A stretch of DNA of 64,000 nt from Camelus ferus (lineage: Eukaryota): assembly GCF_009834535.1 (NCBI RefSeq), contig NC_045706.1, forward strand, positions 248,001 through 312,000, given 5' to 3'. A program made the position numbers and the translations under genes. Positions within the stretch are counted from its first letter, which is position 1; the number at the start of each line of letters is the position of its first letter. Below the pieces are notes generated by a model, which was not told the origin of the DNA, did no database searches, and saw nothing but the letters and a program-made list of their open reading frames with translations. This document shows, one piece after another, positions 1 through 11,265 of the stretch.

Positions 1-1829
1 TCACAGGGCCCAGGGAGGGGCAGTCACAGCCAGAAGCCATGGGTGGAAAATAGGAGAGGGCTGGCTCCCCAGGGGACACACCGTGGATTCTTTGAGCAGA
101 ACAGGGGAAAGGATGCCGAGAGGTAAAAGAGTACTGTCCACTGCAGCCCCCGCTGCGCCCGGCGTCCTGGGGCATCCTGGTCTCCTGAGAGAAACTCCCT
201 TGTTTCCTCCGGGTGAGCAACTCGCTGGGGGCTGTTCTGAGTGTGGGACCAGGGAGGGGCTTAACCAGAGACTGAAAACCTTGGAGGAAGCCCCAGGTCT
301 GCCCCAACTTCTGCCGGCCATCCTCTGCCACAGCAGTGGGGCCCTGAGGAGGGGCGGCTCTCACTGCCCCTCTATTCCAAGAGGGCTTCCTCCTGGACCT
401 GAAGAGCCCACACCCTCCTCCCACCTTGTAGCCAAGAAACTGGTTAAAAATCTCCTGAAGGCCAAACAATTTCTTTCTGTGGTTTCCCTCAGGCCTCAGG
501 GAAGGAGGGGAGCTGAGTGGACCTAGAGACAGCAGGCCCGTCTCATCTTCAAACGCCAGCTTTTTCCAGCCCTTACTTGCCAGAAATTTGAAAAACACTG
601 TGGTCCAGCCTCACCTTGAAAAGCTGAGGTATAGGAGCTTTCTCATTAATCCTTAACTAACAGGAGTTATAATAAAAATAATAAGCTTGGGTTTTATTCT
701 CAAAATGTTTCTAATTTATCCAGAAAGTTTAAAGACAGAAACATATTTATTCCCGTAACTATCAAATATCTTCTGGGCATTCCCATGTGGCCAGCTAGGT
801 TCTGGGAAAACACATCACCAAGCAGTCCCTGCTCTCAAGGCCAAGTGCCCTGAGCTGAGAACTCCCGGGGAGGTGCCAGCTGGCCCTGGGGTACAGCTGA
901 GGGGACTGGCTGGGAGATGCCGCTGGCCCAGGTGTCACGTGAAACCCACAGGGACTGAGAATGCCCAGCAGAGCGTGCAGGGTGGCAACGCAAAGCCTTT
1001 GAGGACCATGAGGCTCTGAAGGAAGCTGAGAGAGACGGTATCATGTAAACCACTCTCTGCAACTCAGGAGGTCCCTGTGCCCACTTCTGACCCCATCAAG
1101 AGGGCCTGGTGTCTCCAGGTGGAATAGCTGAGATGAAGGCTTAGTGTCCACGGATGGGAAGGGAAGAGGTTCCAAAGGACAAACAAACCTTGGAAAGCAA
1201 GACAGCACCATTTCAGACGTGATCCCAGAGTGCAGTCCAGCAGGGACAGGGAAAGCCCGCTGGCTTGAGCAGTCGAGTAACAGGTCACCTTGCAGTGGAG
1301 GGGCCATACTGAGGGACCCCCTGGAGCAACCTGAACAGTGGGCACTTCAGGGCAGGAGGAGGGGCCCCTCCCCTTTCCCAAACCTGGAAGGGGGCCTGCT
1401 GCTCTGGGCTTGGACAGCCTGCAGCCCTGGAGAGCCGCTCTCCCCTTTCTGGGCACCACCATCAGGAGCTCAGGGTCTGACAGGGCATTCTGCGGCCCTT
1501 GTGTCTGGGACACACCCACCTGGGAAGGGGTGAAGATGAGGAATGGGAGAGGGTGAGGTGGGCATGATGGGGTGGAGTGTGGGAAGGTTGGGGGGAGGAC
1601 GGATGAGGGGGGTCACGGTGCACAGCCAGGTTGGGTGCGCACTGCGTGCTGTAGATGGAGTGAGGCAGACTGCGTGGTATCGGGGGAGGGGGAGGGGTGG
1701 GAGAGGGGAGTGAGAAGCAGCTCCGGTGCAGCAGGATGGGGGCGCTGGGCAGCGAGAGGGGCTGCACCTCGGAGAAGCCCGCCTTTATCTCCTCCCTTCA
1801 CGTCTCCCAGGGGATGAGCCTCCGAGTCT

Positions 1830-2300
1830 GCCCGCCCCCAATCCTAGGGCGGAGGCCTCACGCAAAATCCAGGCTCCGCGGCTCGGCGGAGCAGTCCGCT
1901 ACAGCCCCCTCCCTCCCGCTCCACCGCAGTCCCTGCAGCGGCCACCCGGCCCGCGGTTCCGACCGAGGCCCGTGGCGGGTAAGGCGGGCAGCAGATTCCG
2001 GGCACGGACTGGGAGGCTAGGGCTGGCACCGCGGGGCCCAGGTCGGAGGCGCCGCGAGGGGACCGGCGGGGCCGGGGAGGAGGCTCGAGCCGCTGCCCAG
2101 ATGGCTGCGCCGGGAGCCTGCCCTTCCAGCCATCCGGTCCGGGTCCCCCGCCCCAACTGTGAGACAGGCGATCGGAGGAGGGGTGGAGCGCGAGGCAGGG
2201 AGGGGACAGAAGAGGACCTAACCTGGGGCCCGAGCTGAGGGAGAGGGGTCCGCACAGTGTGAACAGCCGCGAGGCCCGAATCCCTGGCTCTGGCCCCGCC
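1830..2300 (+). promoter_or_regulatory. SPRN: SPRN CpG-island promoter and non-coding exon 1 (donor GG|GTAAGG, exon ends 1978)
   Basis: CpG-dense, GC boxes; strong donor at 1978/1979 pairs with acceptor TCTTCCGACAG at 2813; matches the known two-exon SPRN layout. TSS not exactly defined. Confidence 0.75.
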
Positions 2301-2829
2301 AGATTCTGGACCAGCCAGGCCCGAAGGGGCCCCGGGAGAGCCGGGCTGAAGCTCACCGTTGGTCCCTTCCCCAGACCCCTATCTGGGTCCCGGGGGCCCT
2401 CCATCCCTGAGAGACAGCCCCACCCCAGCGTGGCCTCTGGTCCTGCTGGGTCCTGGAGGCCTGAACAGTCCTTCCAGAGCAGCCTAGAATATGCAGGCCC
2501 CTCCCCAGGACGGAGCCCTCACCCCACCGCAGGCTGCTGACCACCCTCCAGGCACAGAATAACCCCCAAGTGCTGAACCCTCTCACCCCCACGCACCCCT
2601 TCCCAGTTACCGAACGAGATCCCGCCCCCACCCCAGGCCTGAGCCCCTAACCCTCCAGCATTAACACCCCCTCCTGCCAGCCCCCTCCAGCCCTGAGCGG
2701 GTGGTCCTCCAAGATGCCCAGCCCCCGGCCCCCAGCCTTGAGCCCCTTGTCCCCAGACCCTGAGCTCCCTGGTCCTCACAGAAGCTGAGGTCCCTTCCTC
2801 CGTCTTCCGACAGGTTTTACCCCACGAAG

Positions 2830-3276
2830 ATGAACTGGACGGCGGCCGCGTGCTGGGCTCTGCTGCTGGCCGCTGCCTTCCTCTGCGACAGCGGCGCGGC
2901 CAAGGGTGGCCGTGGCGGGGCTCGCGGCAGCGCCCGGGGAGGGCTGCGCGGGGGCGCGCGCGGGGCCCCGAGGGTGCGCGTGAGGCCGGCGCCCCGCTAC
3001 GGCGGCTCCTCCCTGCGCGTGGCTGCGGGGGCGGCGGCGGGCGCGGCGGCCGGGGCGGCGGCAGGCCTGGCCGCGGGTTCCAGCTGGAGGGCGGCGGGGC
3101 CCTGGGAGCGGGGCCTGGAGGACGACGAGGACGGGGCACCCGGCGGCAACGGAACGAGCCGGGTTGTCTACAGTTACCGGGCGTGGTGGACTTCGGACGC
3201 GGGGCCCACGCGCGGCGCACGCCTCTGCCTGCTGCTGGGCGGTGCCCTGGGCGCCCTGGGGCTGCTGAGGACCTAG
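2830..3276 (+). CDS. SPRN: Shadow of prion protein (Shadoo), 148 aa, whole CDS in exon 2 (exon 2 starts 2814)
   Basis: MNWTAAACWALLLAAAFLCDSGAAKGGRGG signal peptide plus RGG repeats, hydrophobic AAGAAAGAAAGAAAGLAAG tract, N107-G-T sequon, GPI signal tail; ATG..TAG intact. Confidence 0.98.
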   Translation: MNWTAAACWALLLAAAFLCDSGAAKGGRGGARGSARGGLRGGARGAPRVRVRPAPRYGGSSLRVAAGAAAGAAAGAAAGLAAGSSWRAAGPWERGLEDDEDGAPGGNGTSRVVYSYRAWWTSDAGPTRGARLCLLLGGALGALGLLRT

Positions 3277-4001
3277 ACACGCCTGGGCTCGGGGCCAGAT
3301 CTGCTCCCAGCCTGCGCCCTCCCCAAAGGCGCCGCGGCCCACCCCAGAGGCCACCCAGTGCCAAGCGCCCCTTCCCTCCACTGCCCACGGCCTCTGAGTC
3401 CAGGGGAGCTGCGTGGGCGGTTCAGGCCAGTCCAGCCAGGAGCTGCAGCCTCTCCTACTGGGACCCGGAGGCCGCCTCCTGTTCCCTCTCCTGCCCAAGC
3501 GCCTCCCCAGCCTCCCCACCCACCAAGGGGAGCCTTGGCCCATCAGCCTTGGGATGCCCTGCCTACCACTTGGAGGTCCTCCCCAGCCAGAAAGGCGGGT
3601 GTCTTTCGGTTCCTATACCATCCCGGCCAGCTGCCCACCACTCTGCGGAACCGGCCAAAGAGAAGTGCCAAGGCCAGGCTGTTCAGGCCACCCCAGGTCC
3701 TCTGATCCCACCCTGGACACAGAAAGTGGCTCTTCCTGCCACAGCCCTAGGACATCGTGGCCTCCTTCCAGAAGCAGTCTCCGTGGACCAAGGTCTTGGG
3801 GACCTGGGGGAGAGGTTTCCCTCACAGTCTGCAGCATGCTGGTTGCCTGTCTAGAGAGGGATCTGTGGATTTCCAAGCCCAGGCATGACCATGCAGTTCT
3901 CTGGATGGCTCCCAGGACACACTCGCTCACGGGAATGGCCCGGGGACCGTGCTCTCCCCTGGGCAGATGCTCTGAGACACACTGCCAGGGCTCACTTAGA
4001 A

Positions 4002-4053
4002 CCACTTTGCTCTGACTTGAAACAAGTCACTTAACTCTCCTTGGACATAGTTT
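4002..4053 (+). mobile_element. MIR SINE fragment in SPRN 3' UTR
   Basis: CAAGTCACTTAACTCTCC resembles the MIR core. Confidence 0.5.
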
Positions 4054-5790
4054 GGGGAAAAAAACATTCTGTTTAAACGCCAAGAGTTTTGTGTTCCCTC
4101 TGAGCTCCAGGTTCACACTCTGCAATGAGCGCGGCCAGTGCTCAGGGATGGGCAGCCGCTGTTCCCTCCCAGGCGCAGCAACTGAGGCGGGCAGCAGGGC
4201 CCCAGCCCGCAGCCCCCTGGGAAGCCGAGAGCGAGTGAGATGGAGGAGCCGAGGCTGCAGTCAGACCCACTCCCTGGAGGGAGGCGGGCCTCTCCAGGGC
4301 CCAGCACCCAGCAAGTACCACCAGATGTGAGGCGCCTTCCAGCCGAAGGCCCAGGGGAAGCTGCGCTCCCTCCACACCCTGTGACCGTCAGGACACAGCC
4401 CAGAGCAGCCTCTGAAGAAACATTGGGCAGGTCGTGACACGGGTGCACCTCTGGCACCCAACACCTGTGTGTAAGGCCTGTCCAGCCCTTTGCCTCTTGG
4501 TGCCTTCCCCTCAAGCTGCCAGCCTGGTCCACTGGCCACGAGCTCAGCGTGGCCCCTGGCTCTTTCACATGCCCTCCCGCTCCAACATCCTCTTGCCCGT
4601 CAGCAGGACGGCTCTGGGGCTCGGCTCCTGGGCCTGGTCTCTGGTGCTGGCAAGAGTCTCACCCACTGCTGGGTTGCCTCCCAGAATCTGCCTCCACCCC
4701 TCGGACTGGGGGCCTTTGGACTCAGCTGACAGACACCAGCACTGAGACCAGCATCTCCCTGCAGCCCTGCCACCTCTGCTCTCCCCCAGCTGGCACACAT
4801 CTCTGGTTAGGGGGAGGGTCACCAAGCTGTTGTGGGACCTGGACCGAGCATTCTTCTCCGAAGACCCAGGCGCTAAGCTGCAGGAAGCAGCTCCCTGCAG
4901 CCTCCTGTGTCCACACTGCCAGCATTCTTGCCTGCGGTGCTCAGATGACCCCCATCCTCCCAGATCGAGCTTGACGCTCCCAAAGACCAGCAGGTGGTGG
5001 CCAAGCCCTGGCTGGGGCCTTGGAGGCAGCATGACCATTTCAAAGTCTCAAATGGGGACCCATCAGGGTGGCACCTTGGGCAACTCAGTTCTTCCTGACG
5101 GGCCCAGCCTGGCCGTGCTCAGCCTCAGACACCCACCTGGACACGGACTGTGGCTGGTCCAGACCCTCATGCCACTCTGCAGTGCGAGCTGTCAGCAGGC
5201 CCTGGACGGGACAGAAACATCACCCTCATGTCAAGCTTTCCACACTGACCAGACTCCAACAGCACTTGGATCTGGCACAGCCACGAATCTGAATACTTCC
5301 CACCCCACCAGTCAGGGTTCCGGCCGGAGGCAGGCGGTGCTTGGGGGTCGTCTCAAGAACTGGTAAGTGTGCTGGGTGTGGGGCAGCCACACAGCACGGC
5401 TGCACCTAAAGGGGTGCCTGCGGGAAGGGGACGTGCCCTGGCAGAAGCTCCAGGGAGGTCACGCCACCACCGGGCACAGAAGAGCCGGAGCTGCTGACCC
5501 GCGACATACCCAGCCCCACCCCGGCCCTTTCTCTGCCCTCTTCCAGGATGCAGGCTGGTAGGAAACGTTCCTGGATCCCTTCAGGTGGGATCTCAACGCT
5601 GGGAGCTGCCTCTGGGAATGACTCTGCTGCCCCCGTTAGCTAGAAGGTGCCCAGAGGCGGTGGAAGCCTGGGGTCTCCGCTGACCACACCAGCTTGTGCA
5701 CAGCTAGGCTGCAAGGAGAGCAGCCCCCGGGGCACCGAGGGGACAGGTGGTGCTTGGCTTCTGCCACAGCCGCTTGGGACCTCTTGTCCA

Positions 5791-5817
5791 TGCGTGCGTG
5801 CGTGCGTGCGTGTGTGT
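5791..5817 (+). repeat. (TGCG)5(TG)3 microsatellite
   Basis: Read directly. Confidence 0.95.
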
Positions 5818-5844
5818 CTACGTGTCTGCACGTTTTAGCAGTAA

Positions 5845-5850
5845 AATAAA
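5845..5850 (+). terminator. SPRN: Probable SPRN polyA signal AATAAA
   Basis: First canonical AATAAA I found downstream of the SPRN stop; implies a ~2.6 kb 3' UTR. Confidence 0.7.
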
Positions 5851-6023
5851 GACTCCGCTGGCGACGAGACTGCTCCTTACTGCAGGATCCAGGACATCAC
5901 ATTGGGAACCTGCAACGAGCCCTCAGGTATTAACCAGTTAACTGGCTCATGTCCTGTTTTTCTCTGGTGAGGGGCCATAACACATGGGCCCACAATGAAG
6001 GAGCCAACCACAGAGACAAGCCT

Positions 6024-6029
6024 TTTAAT
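6024..6029 (-). terminator. MTG1: Probable MTG1 polyA signal ATTAAA
   Basis: TTTAAT on + strand, ~340 nt past the MTG1 stop, in an AT-rich patch. Confidence 0.6.
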
Positions 6030-6368
6030 TTAAAATTTTTAAATTACAGATTATAGGTTCAACCCCTTTTTGAGAAAACACCAGCTTCTCCTCAAGAGGA
6101 TGTTTAACAGATATTGAACACGAGTGAGTTTCCTCACCAGGCCAGGCACACGAGGACTGCTCAGGGAGGTCCACTGCCCTGACGTCCACGTCCCAGGCTC
6201 AGTTCCCTGTCACCCAGAATGGCTGGGCTGGGACAGCAGTGGAGAAGGGCCTCCTTCCTGGAGCAGAGACCTGGGTGTACAGTGGCCAGCGAGGGGCTTG
6301 TGAACAGGGGACTCCCGGGCATCAGAGGCCTTCCTGCTGGACCAGCTCAGGGCTCTGCCGAGGGGGCC

Positions 6369-6478
6369 CTACAGGACATCCCGGTCCAGCATGACGCGGC
6401 CAAGCACCCCACTGCGGAAAGCCCGCAGGAAGTCTCGGGCGGCGGCGGAGTAGTCGGGCTGGATGACGGTCACGTCAC
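6369..6478 (-). CDS. MTG1: MTG1 exon 11 (last): (G)DVTVIQPDYSAAARDFLRAFRSGVLGRVMLDRDVL*
   Basis: Acceptor CCCAG, phase 1; TAG at 6371-6369; total CDS 975 nt = 324 aa. Confidence 0.93.
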
Positions 6479-6567
6479 CTGGGAAGGCAGGAGGGTGGGT
6501 GAGGGAGGCCGCCTTCCCTCAGAGCCCGGGCCCTCCAAGCCCAACCCAGGGCGGCGCCCCGTCTCAC

Positions 6568-6680
6568 CCGTGCCGGTCAGCACTTTGACCCTCTGCGTCT
6601 TCCGCAGCCGCACGGCCACCCGCTTCAGCACGCTGGCGATGTCGTCACAGGCCCCGCCCAGGCTGTAGTGCTGCACGTAC
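6568..6680 (-). CDS. MTG1: MTG1 exon 10: YVQHYSLGGACDDIASVLKRVAVRLRKTQRVKVLTGT(G)
   Basis: 113 nt, AG/GT boundaries, frame continuous. Confidence 0.95.
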
Positions 6681-7399
6681 CTGCACACAGACCTCGGTCA
6701 CAGAGACCAGCGTGGAGCCAGGGCTGCCCACAGTGACCCCTCGTAAGCCTGGGTCACCACTGCGGGCGCGTCGCTGACAGGGTCTTCCTGCACGACCCTC
6801 AGTGGCCCTGAGGCCAGCTCCCCCGTGCCGGTAACACACTCAGTTTGCTACTGGGGCTGCATCGGTGCCCCCGGGCAGCAGGGCGGGTCTGTCTGACCAG
6901 CATTTTCTGCGGCCAGCGGACCAGCCCAGGTTGTCCTGCACATGCCCGCTCAGCCTGGCGGCCTGTGGTATGGGCCTGGTGGACAAGCCAGCACAGGGCC
7001 GGATGGCACGTCTCAGGCTGAGAAGCTGAAGGAGACCAGTGTTGTCCACAGACACGCACCTCCCTGTGCCTCTGAGCCGGGAGACCCCGGCCAGCAGGTC
7101 CACCTGCCTCTCCATCTGCACGTCCGGTGGGCAGACGGGCAATGGGGTCTGACCTGCAGCTGCACGATGGGGGAGGCTGGCTGCCTGGGAGTACCTCTGG
7201 CCACACACCCGGCTGACAACACGGGCCTGGACCCCACGTGAGCACTGGAGCCCCGACTCAGGGATGCCAATCCTGAGGAAGGCAGGTCCAAAATCCACCT
7301 TCCCCAGAGCAGCAGCCCCGCAGCCCCTCTGTCCCCGGACCAGCAGGCCCTGAGGACTCCCTCCCGCCCACACATGCCGGAGACCTGAACCTGCCGGAG

Positions 7400-9720
7400 C
7401 CGGGCTGCCATGCTCTACAGAAACACTGCAGGACTGCGGGGTCCACACGACTGCCTCAAACACCAAGCAAGATACGACACTGGAAACCACTTCCATGCGA
7501 AACAAAGTGACAAGGGTTGGGTCTACCCCCCCCCATCAGAAATAACAAAAAAGGGAAGAAACAATCCAAAATACACAAAACAATGGTTTCCAAGGTACCG
7601 GACGTCAGGCCACCAAGAACATAAGTCAGGGAAAGAGGAGGCCCCGCCGCGCCCAAGACCACGGGTGGAGAGGATGGCGCTGGGACCAAGGTGGCCTGAA
7701 GGTTCCCGGAGAATCAGAGAGGGTGGGGCGGGATGGGACGTGTGCAGAGAGCTGCCCCCAACATTCAGCAGAGGTTTCCTGAGGCCAGAGGTCAGGAAAC
7801 ACCGCCCAGGAGGACACAGGGGCACAGCCAGCCTCCTCAGAGCCAGGAGCCGACGGAAACCCCGTGAGCCCCAGGGCCCTGCTTCAGTCAGTGGAATGTT
7901 CCAGGCCCACCTGATAAATCTTAAAGGACCCAAAAGGATCAGACTATTTCCAAATAACTGTCCCAGAACAAAGCCTGAGGATTTTCACAGGAAAATAAAG
8001 ACACCCATCACCCCAAACAGTCAGGTTCTTACGCCTGCCTCCCATCAAAAACCACCAGGCCCACACAGCAGGGAAACAGACCCTCCTCGAGGAGAAAGCC
8101 AGCAGAAACCGCCCCAGACGCAGGAGCTCAGAGACAGGACAGCAGTTACTAGGACTGCACTCCCCGTGGCGACAAAGTTGAGAAGAAGTGCAGAAGATTA
8201 TCTGTAAAAATGGCCCAAATCAAAGGGCCAGAGGAAAACACTATGAAACATGCTGCAGGGAGTAAGCAGACCAGACTCTGCAGAAGGGAAGGCAAGCAAG
8301 CGGCACGGGGGACCCGGTCCTGCAGGGGGAAGGGTGTGGCTGAAAGTCTCCCCAAGCTGATACAGCTACTCGGCCGCAGGTGCAGGAACTCAGGCACTGC
8401 CAGCACAGGGCGTGCAGCAACCGCAGCGCAGCCCAGCGCCATGGACCCAGGCTGCAGACAGAGAAGTCAGAAAGCAGCCAGAGGGGCGCGTGTCCCAGAG
8501 CGGCAGACTTCTCAGAGCAGCACGGAGGGGCGGGCGCCCCGCCCCCGCGGGCCTGAGGACGTGGACCTGCGGCTTCACAAGCGCGGCAGACACCCTTCAG
8601 AGATGGAGGTGGAACAGACACACCTGCGACGAGCGCAGGCCTGCACCACGTCAACGTCGAAGGAAACCCTGACAGGAAGGCGGTCCGCAAGCGGACAAGG
8701 AGCCGTGAACACAGTAACGCCCAGGCCGAATTCTGCACTTTATGTCCCTGAGCCACAAAACGCGCAGTGTGTCTGCCCCACAGCAGCCAAAGAGACGCCA
8801 AGGCCGGCCACGGTGCGGACGAGGCGGAGGGAAGGCCCCACACCACATGGCATGGTAACATCACCTACAGATGTTCTGGAAACCCTGCAACAGCCTCCCC
8901 CAAAGTTACAGGAACAAACTGACACAAGGGTCATAAAAAGTATCTAAAATGAATCTGAAAAAGACCAAAGAAAGAGAGAAGAAAAAAAGAGAAGCCTGGG
9001 ATAAAGGCGAGGAGACACCAGTGACCACGCCGGGGGGAGTGGTCTAAACACCTAAAGGAAAGCAGAATGGGTCTGACTGGGTGAAAAGCAGAGCCCAGCT
9101 GCACGCGGCGGGTAAGCACACTTAAATGTGAGGACACACGTGTGCTCAAAGCAAGGTGATGGGGAGCACACGAGGGAGACCGCGGGGCAGAGGGCCCTGA
9201 AGGACACAGAGGTCACGCCAGGGACGAAGGCCTCTCATCATCAGGACAGAACCACCTCCTGGAGTCCCCACCCCCACGACAGAGCCGGGACCACGGGGAA
9301 GAGACACAGACCCCCGGAGGAGGCAGGAGACCCCCTCCCCCCCCAACAGCGTGAACAGGAAGAAAGGCAGCCAAGCAGAGCCAAGGCAGCGCTCAGACCG
9401 AAGGCCGTCAGCGAGGCAAGACGGGGCGAGCAGAGGAAGTCAGGGCGACCAAGAGCTGCTTCCCTGGGGAAAACCTACAGCCTGGGATTGACGTCCTCCA
9501 GGTGACAAAGGACAGGTGTGGGGCACCACGGGACACCAGTGCTCACCCCGTCCCGGAGGTGAGAACAAACAGAATGCCATCCGCACAGGGAAGTGCCCTC
9601 AGCAGGGACCGATGTCAGAACACAGCAGAAGCCCGAAATGACCGAGCTGGGGGGCGCGCCGTGTGGCTCCATTCGTGAGACCCCCGAGGTGATGGGGAGC
9701 AGGTGTGGGCAGGAGGGGCA
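7400..9720 (+). mobile_element. Old, highly diverged L1 (ORF1 region into ORF2 endonuclease start) in MTG1 intron 9, antisense to MTG1
   Basis: A-rich + strand; residual similarity near 9040-9250 (GGTCTAAACACC...GCAGAGCCCAGCTGCACG) to the L1 ORF2 5' end. Boundaries approximate. Confidence 0.5.
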
Positions 9721-9916
9721 AGGGGCAGTTACAGAGCAGCTCAAGAAACTGGGGGTTTTCTGGACTGTGTCCCAGTTTCACAGGTGGACCCGTACGTCAG
9801 ATCCTGTCAAACTGCTGCAGGCCATGTCTGTCTGCGCTTAACAACGCTGCTGCTTCTGAATCACGTTCCGGATGAGACAGGAGACGAGAGGGGCAGCCCC
9901 GCCTCCCCACACTCAC

Positions 9917-9998
9917 CCCAGGAGCTGGTGCCTGTTGAGGGTGTAGAGAAGATAGTCGGCCAGGGTCTCCTCCCCCACCAGGTGGTCCAGCACGCTTC
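9917..9998 (-). CDS. MTG1: MTG1 exon 9: (G)SVLDHLVGEETLADYLLYTLNRHQLL(G)
   Basis: 82 nt, AG/GT boundaries. Confidence 0.95.
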
Positions 9999-10128
9999 CT
10001 GGGAACAAGGGGCGGTGCGACAGCTGTGAGCCAGGACTGCACGCTGCCGAGACACCAGCACCGCCGCCCCAGAGCCTGGGCAGCAGCCCCGCCAGGCTGG
10101 CCTGCCCGCCCACCCGGGGCCGGCTCAC

Positions 10129-10225
10129 CGCACAGGGCCAGCTTCAGGCCCGTCTCCACACTCTGGATCTGAGGAGCCAGCACCCCTGGGGTGTCCAGCA
10201 GGAACATGAGCGGCTGCTCACACAC
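10129..10225 (-). CDS. MTG1: MTG1 exon 8: VCEQPLMFLLDTPGVLAPQIQSVETGLKLALC (G3 motif DTPG)
   Basis: 97 nt, AG/GT boundaries; RbgA/YlqF-family DTPG. Confidence 0.96.
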
Positions 10226-10516
10226 CTGTGGGCAGGGAAGGCGGCGGGCCAGAGCTCAGGAGGCCTCCTGCAGTCCCCAGGCTCGAGGCCCCGACCTGCC
10301 CGCCCAGCGTGGCCACGGCACCACAGCGGGCCCCCCGCAGGGCCCCATGCCCAGGGGAGGTGAGGAAGTAAAAGCAGGAGCCCATGGCTGCCCCCCCCCC
10401 CAGGGAGACGCCAACGGGGCCGCTCCCTCCTCGGCAGGACGGGGCCCCGCATGCCCTCCCCCAGTGTGGTGTGAGGACGGCACAGCGCTCGGCGGACAGG
10501 GCGGTGGGGGCCCCAC

Positions 10517-10578
10517 CTGAATTCTGGACATCACAGCTCTGGTGACCCCAGGCTCACCGCCCACCCTGGTGGCTTTTC
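10517..10578 (-). CDS. MTG1: MTG1 exon 7: (G)KATRVGGEPGVTRAVMSRIQ (G2 Thr)
   Basis: 62 nt, AG/GT boundaries. Confidence 0.95.
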
Positions 10579-10904
10579 CTGCAAGATGAGAGGGGATGTC
10601 AGTGTCTGTTAATCACGCAGGCAGGTGAGTGACAGAATGAGCAACGAAACCATGGAAACCTAGGAGGGCCCAGCGAGCCCACCACAGCGACTCCTCGCGC
10701 CAGGACAGAACCGCCTCCCGGGGCCCCGGAGGCCCCCAGACCTGCTGAGGGACGACCGTGACGGCCAGACCTGAGCCGCCCGACAGCATCACCCTCCTCC
10801 CCACGGGACTGGCCCACACCTCTGCCCCCAGCACCGCCCCAGCAGCCGGGGTGCGTCCCAGGCAGACTCCCCACCTCTGCTGGACCAGCGCGGGAGTAAA
10901 GGGT

Positions 10905-11265
10905 GTGTGTGTCCATCAGCACGTGGAGGGATAAACAAACGTGGTCCATCCACACGGCGGAATGCCATTCAGCCTTAAGAAGGAAACTGACTGACGAACG
11001 TGGAGGGGCCCTGAAGAGTTACACCTGATGCAGGAGCTCAAGTCTGTGTGACCCCAGCTGCGAGGTCCCGGATTTGTCAGGGCCACACAACAGACTGGAC
11101 CAGAGGTTCCCGGGGCCTGGGGACAGCTACTGCTTAAGTCTAGAGTTCCAGTCTGAAATGACGGAAAACGCTGGAAACAGGCAGTGTGGTGCTTGCACAG
11201 CACTAAATGCATGTAAGGCCAGTGATGCTCTTTAAGCCACAAGTAAAGAAAAATAAACAAGAAAA
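10905..11265 (+). mobile_element. L1M (L1MB-like) 3' end fragment, GC-shifted
   Basis: GTCCATCA...GGATAAACAAACGTGGTCCATCCACAC...CATTCAGCCTTAAGAAGGAA follows the L1 3' consensus order. Confidence 0.7.

Noticed and set aside
83-526. 147-aa ORF upstream of SPRN
   Set aside because: No recognisable family, no exon context, and a GTG start.
2519-3543. Antisense ORFs of 289 and 255 aa over SPRN
   Set aside because: Mirror the extremely GC-rich SPRN CDS; low-complexity Arg/Pro/Gly; no ATG start or recognisable domain.
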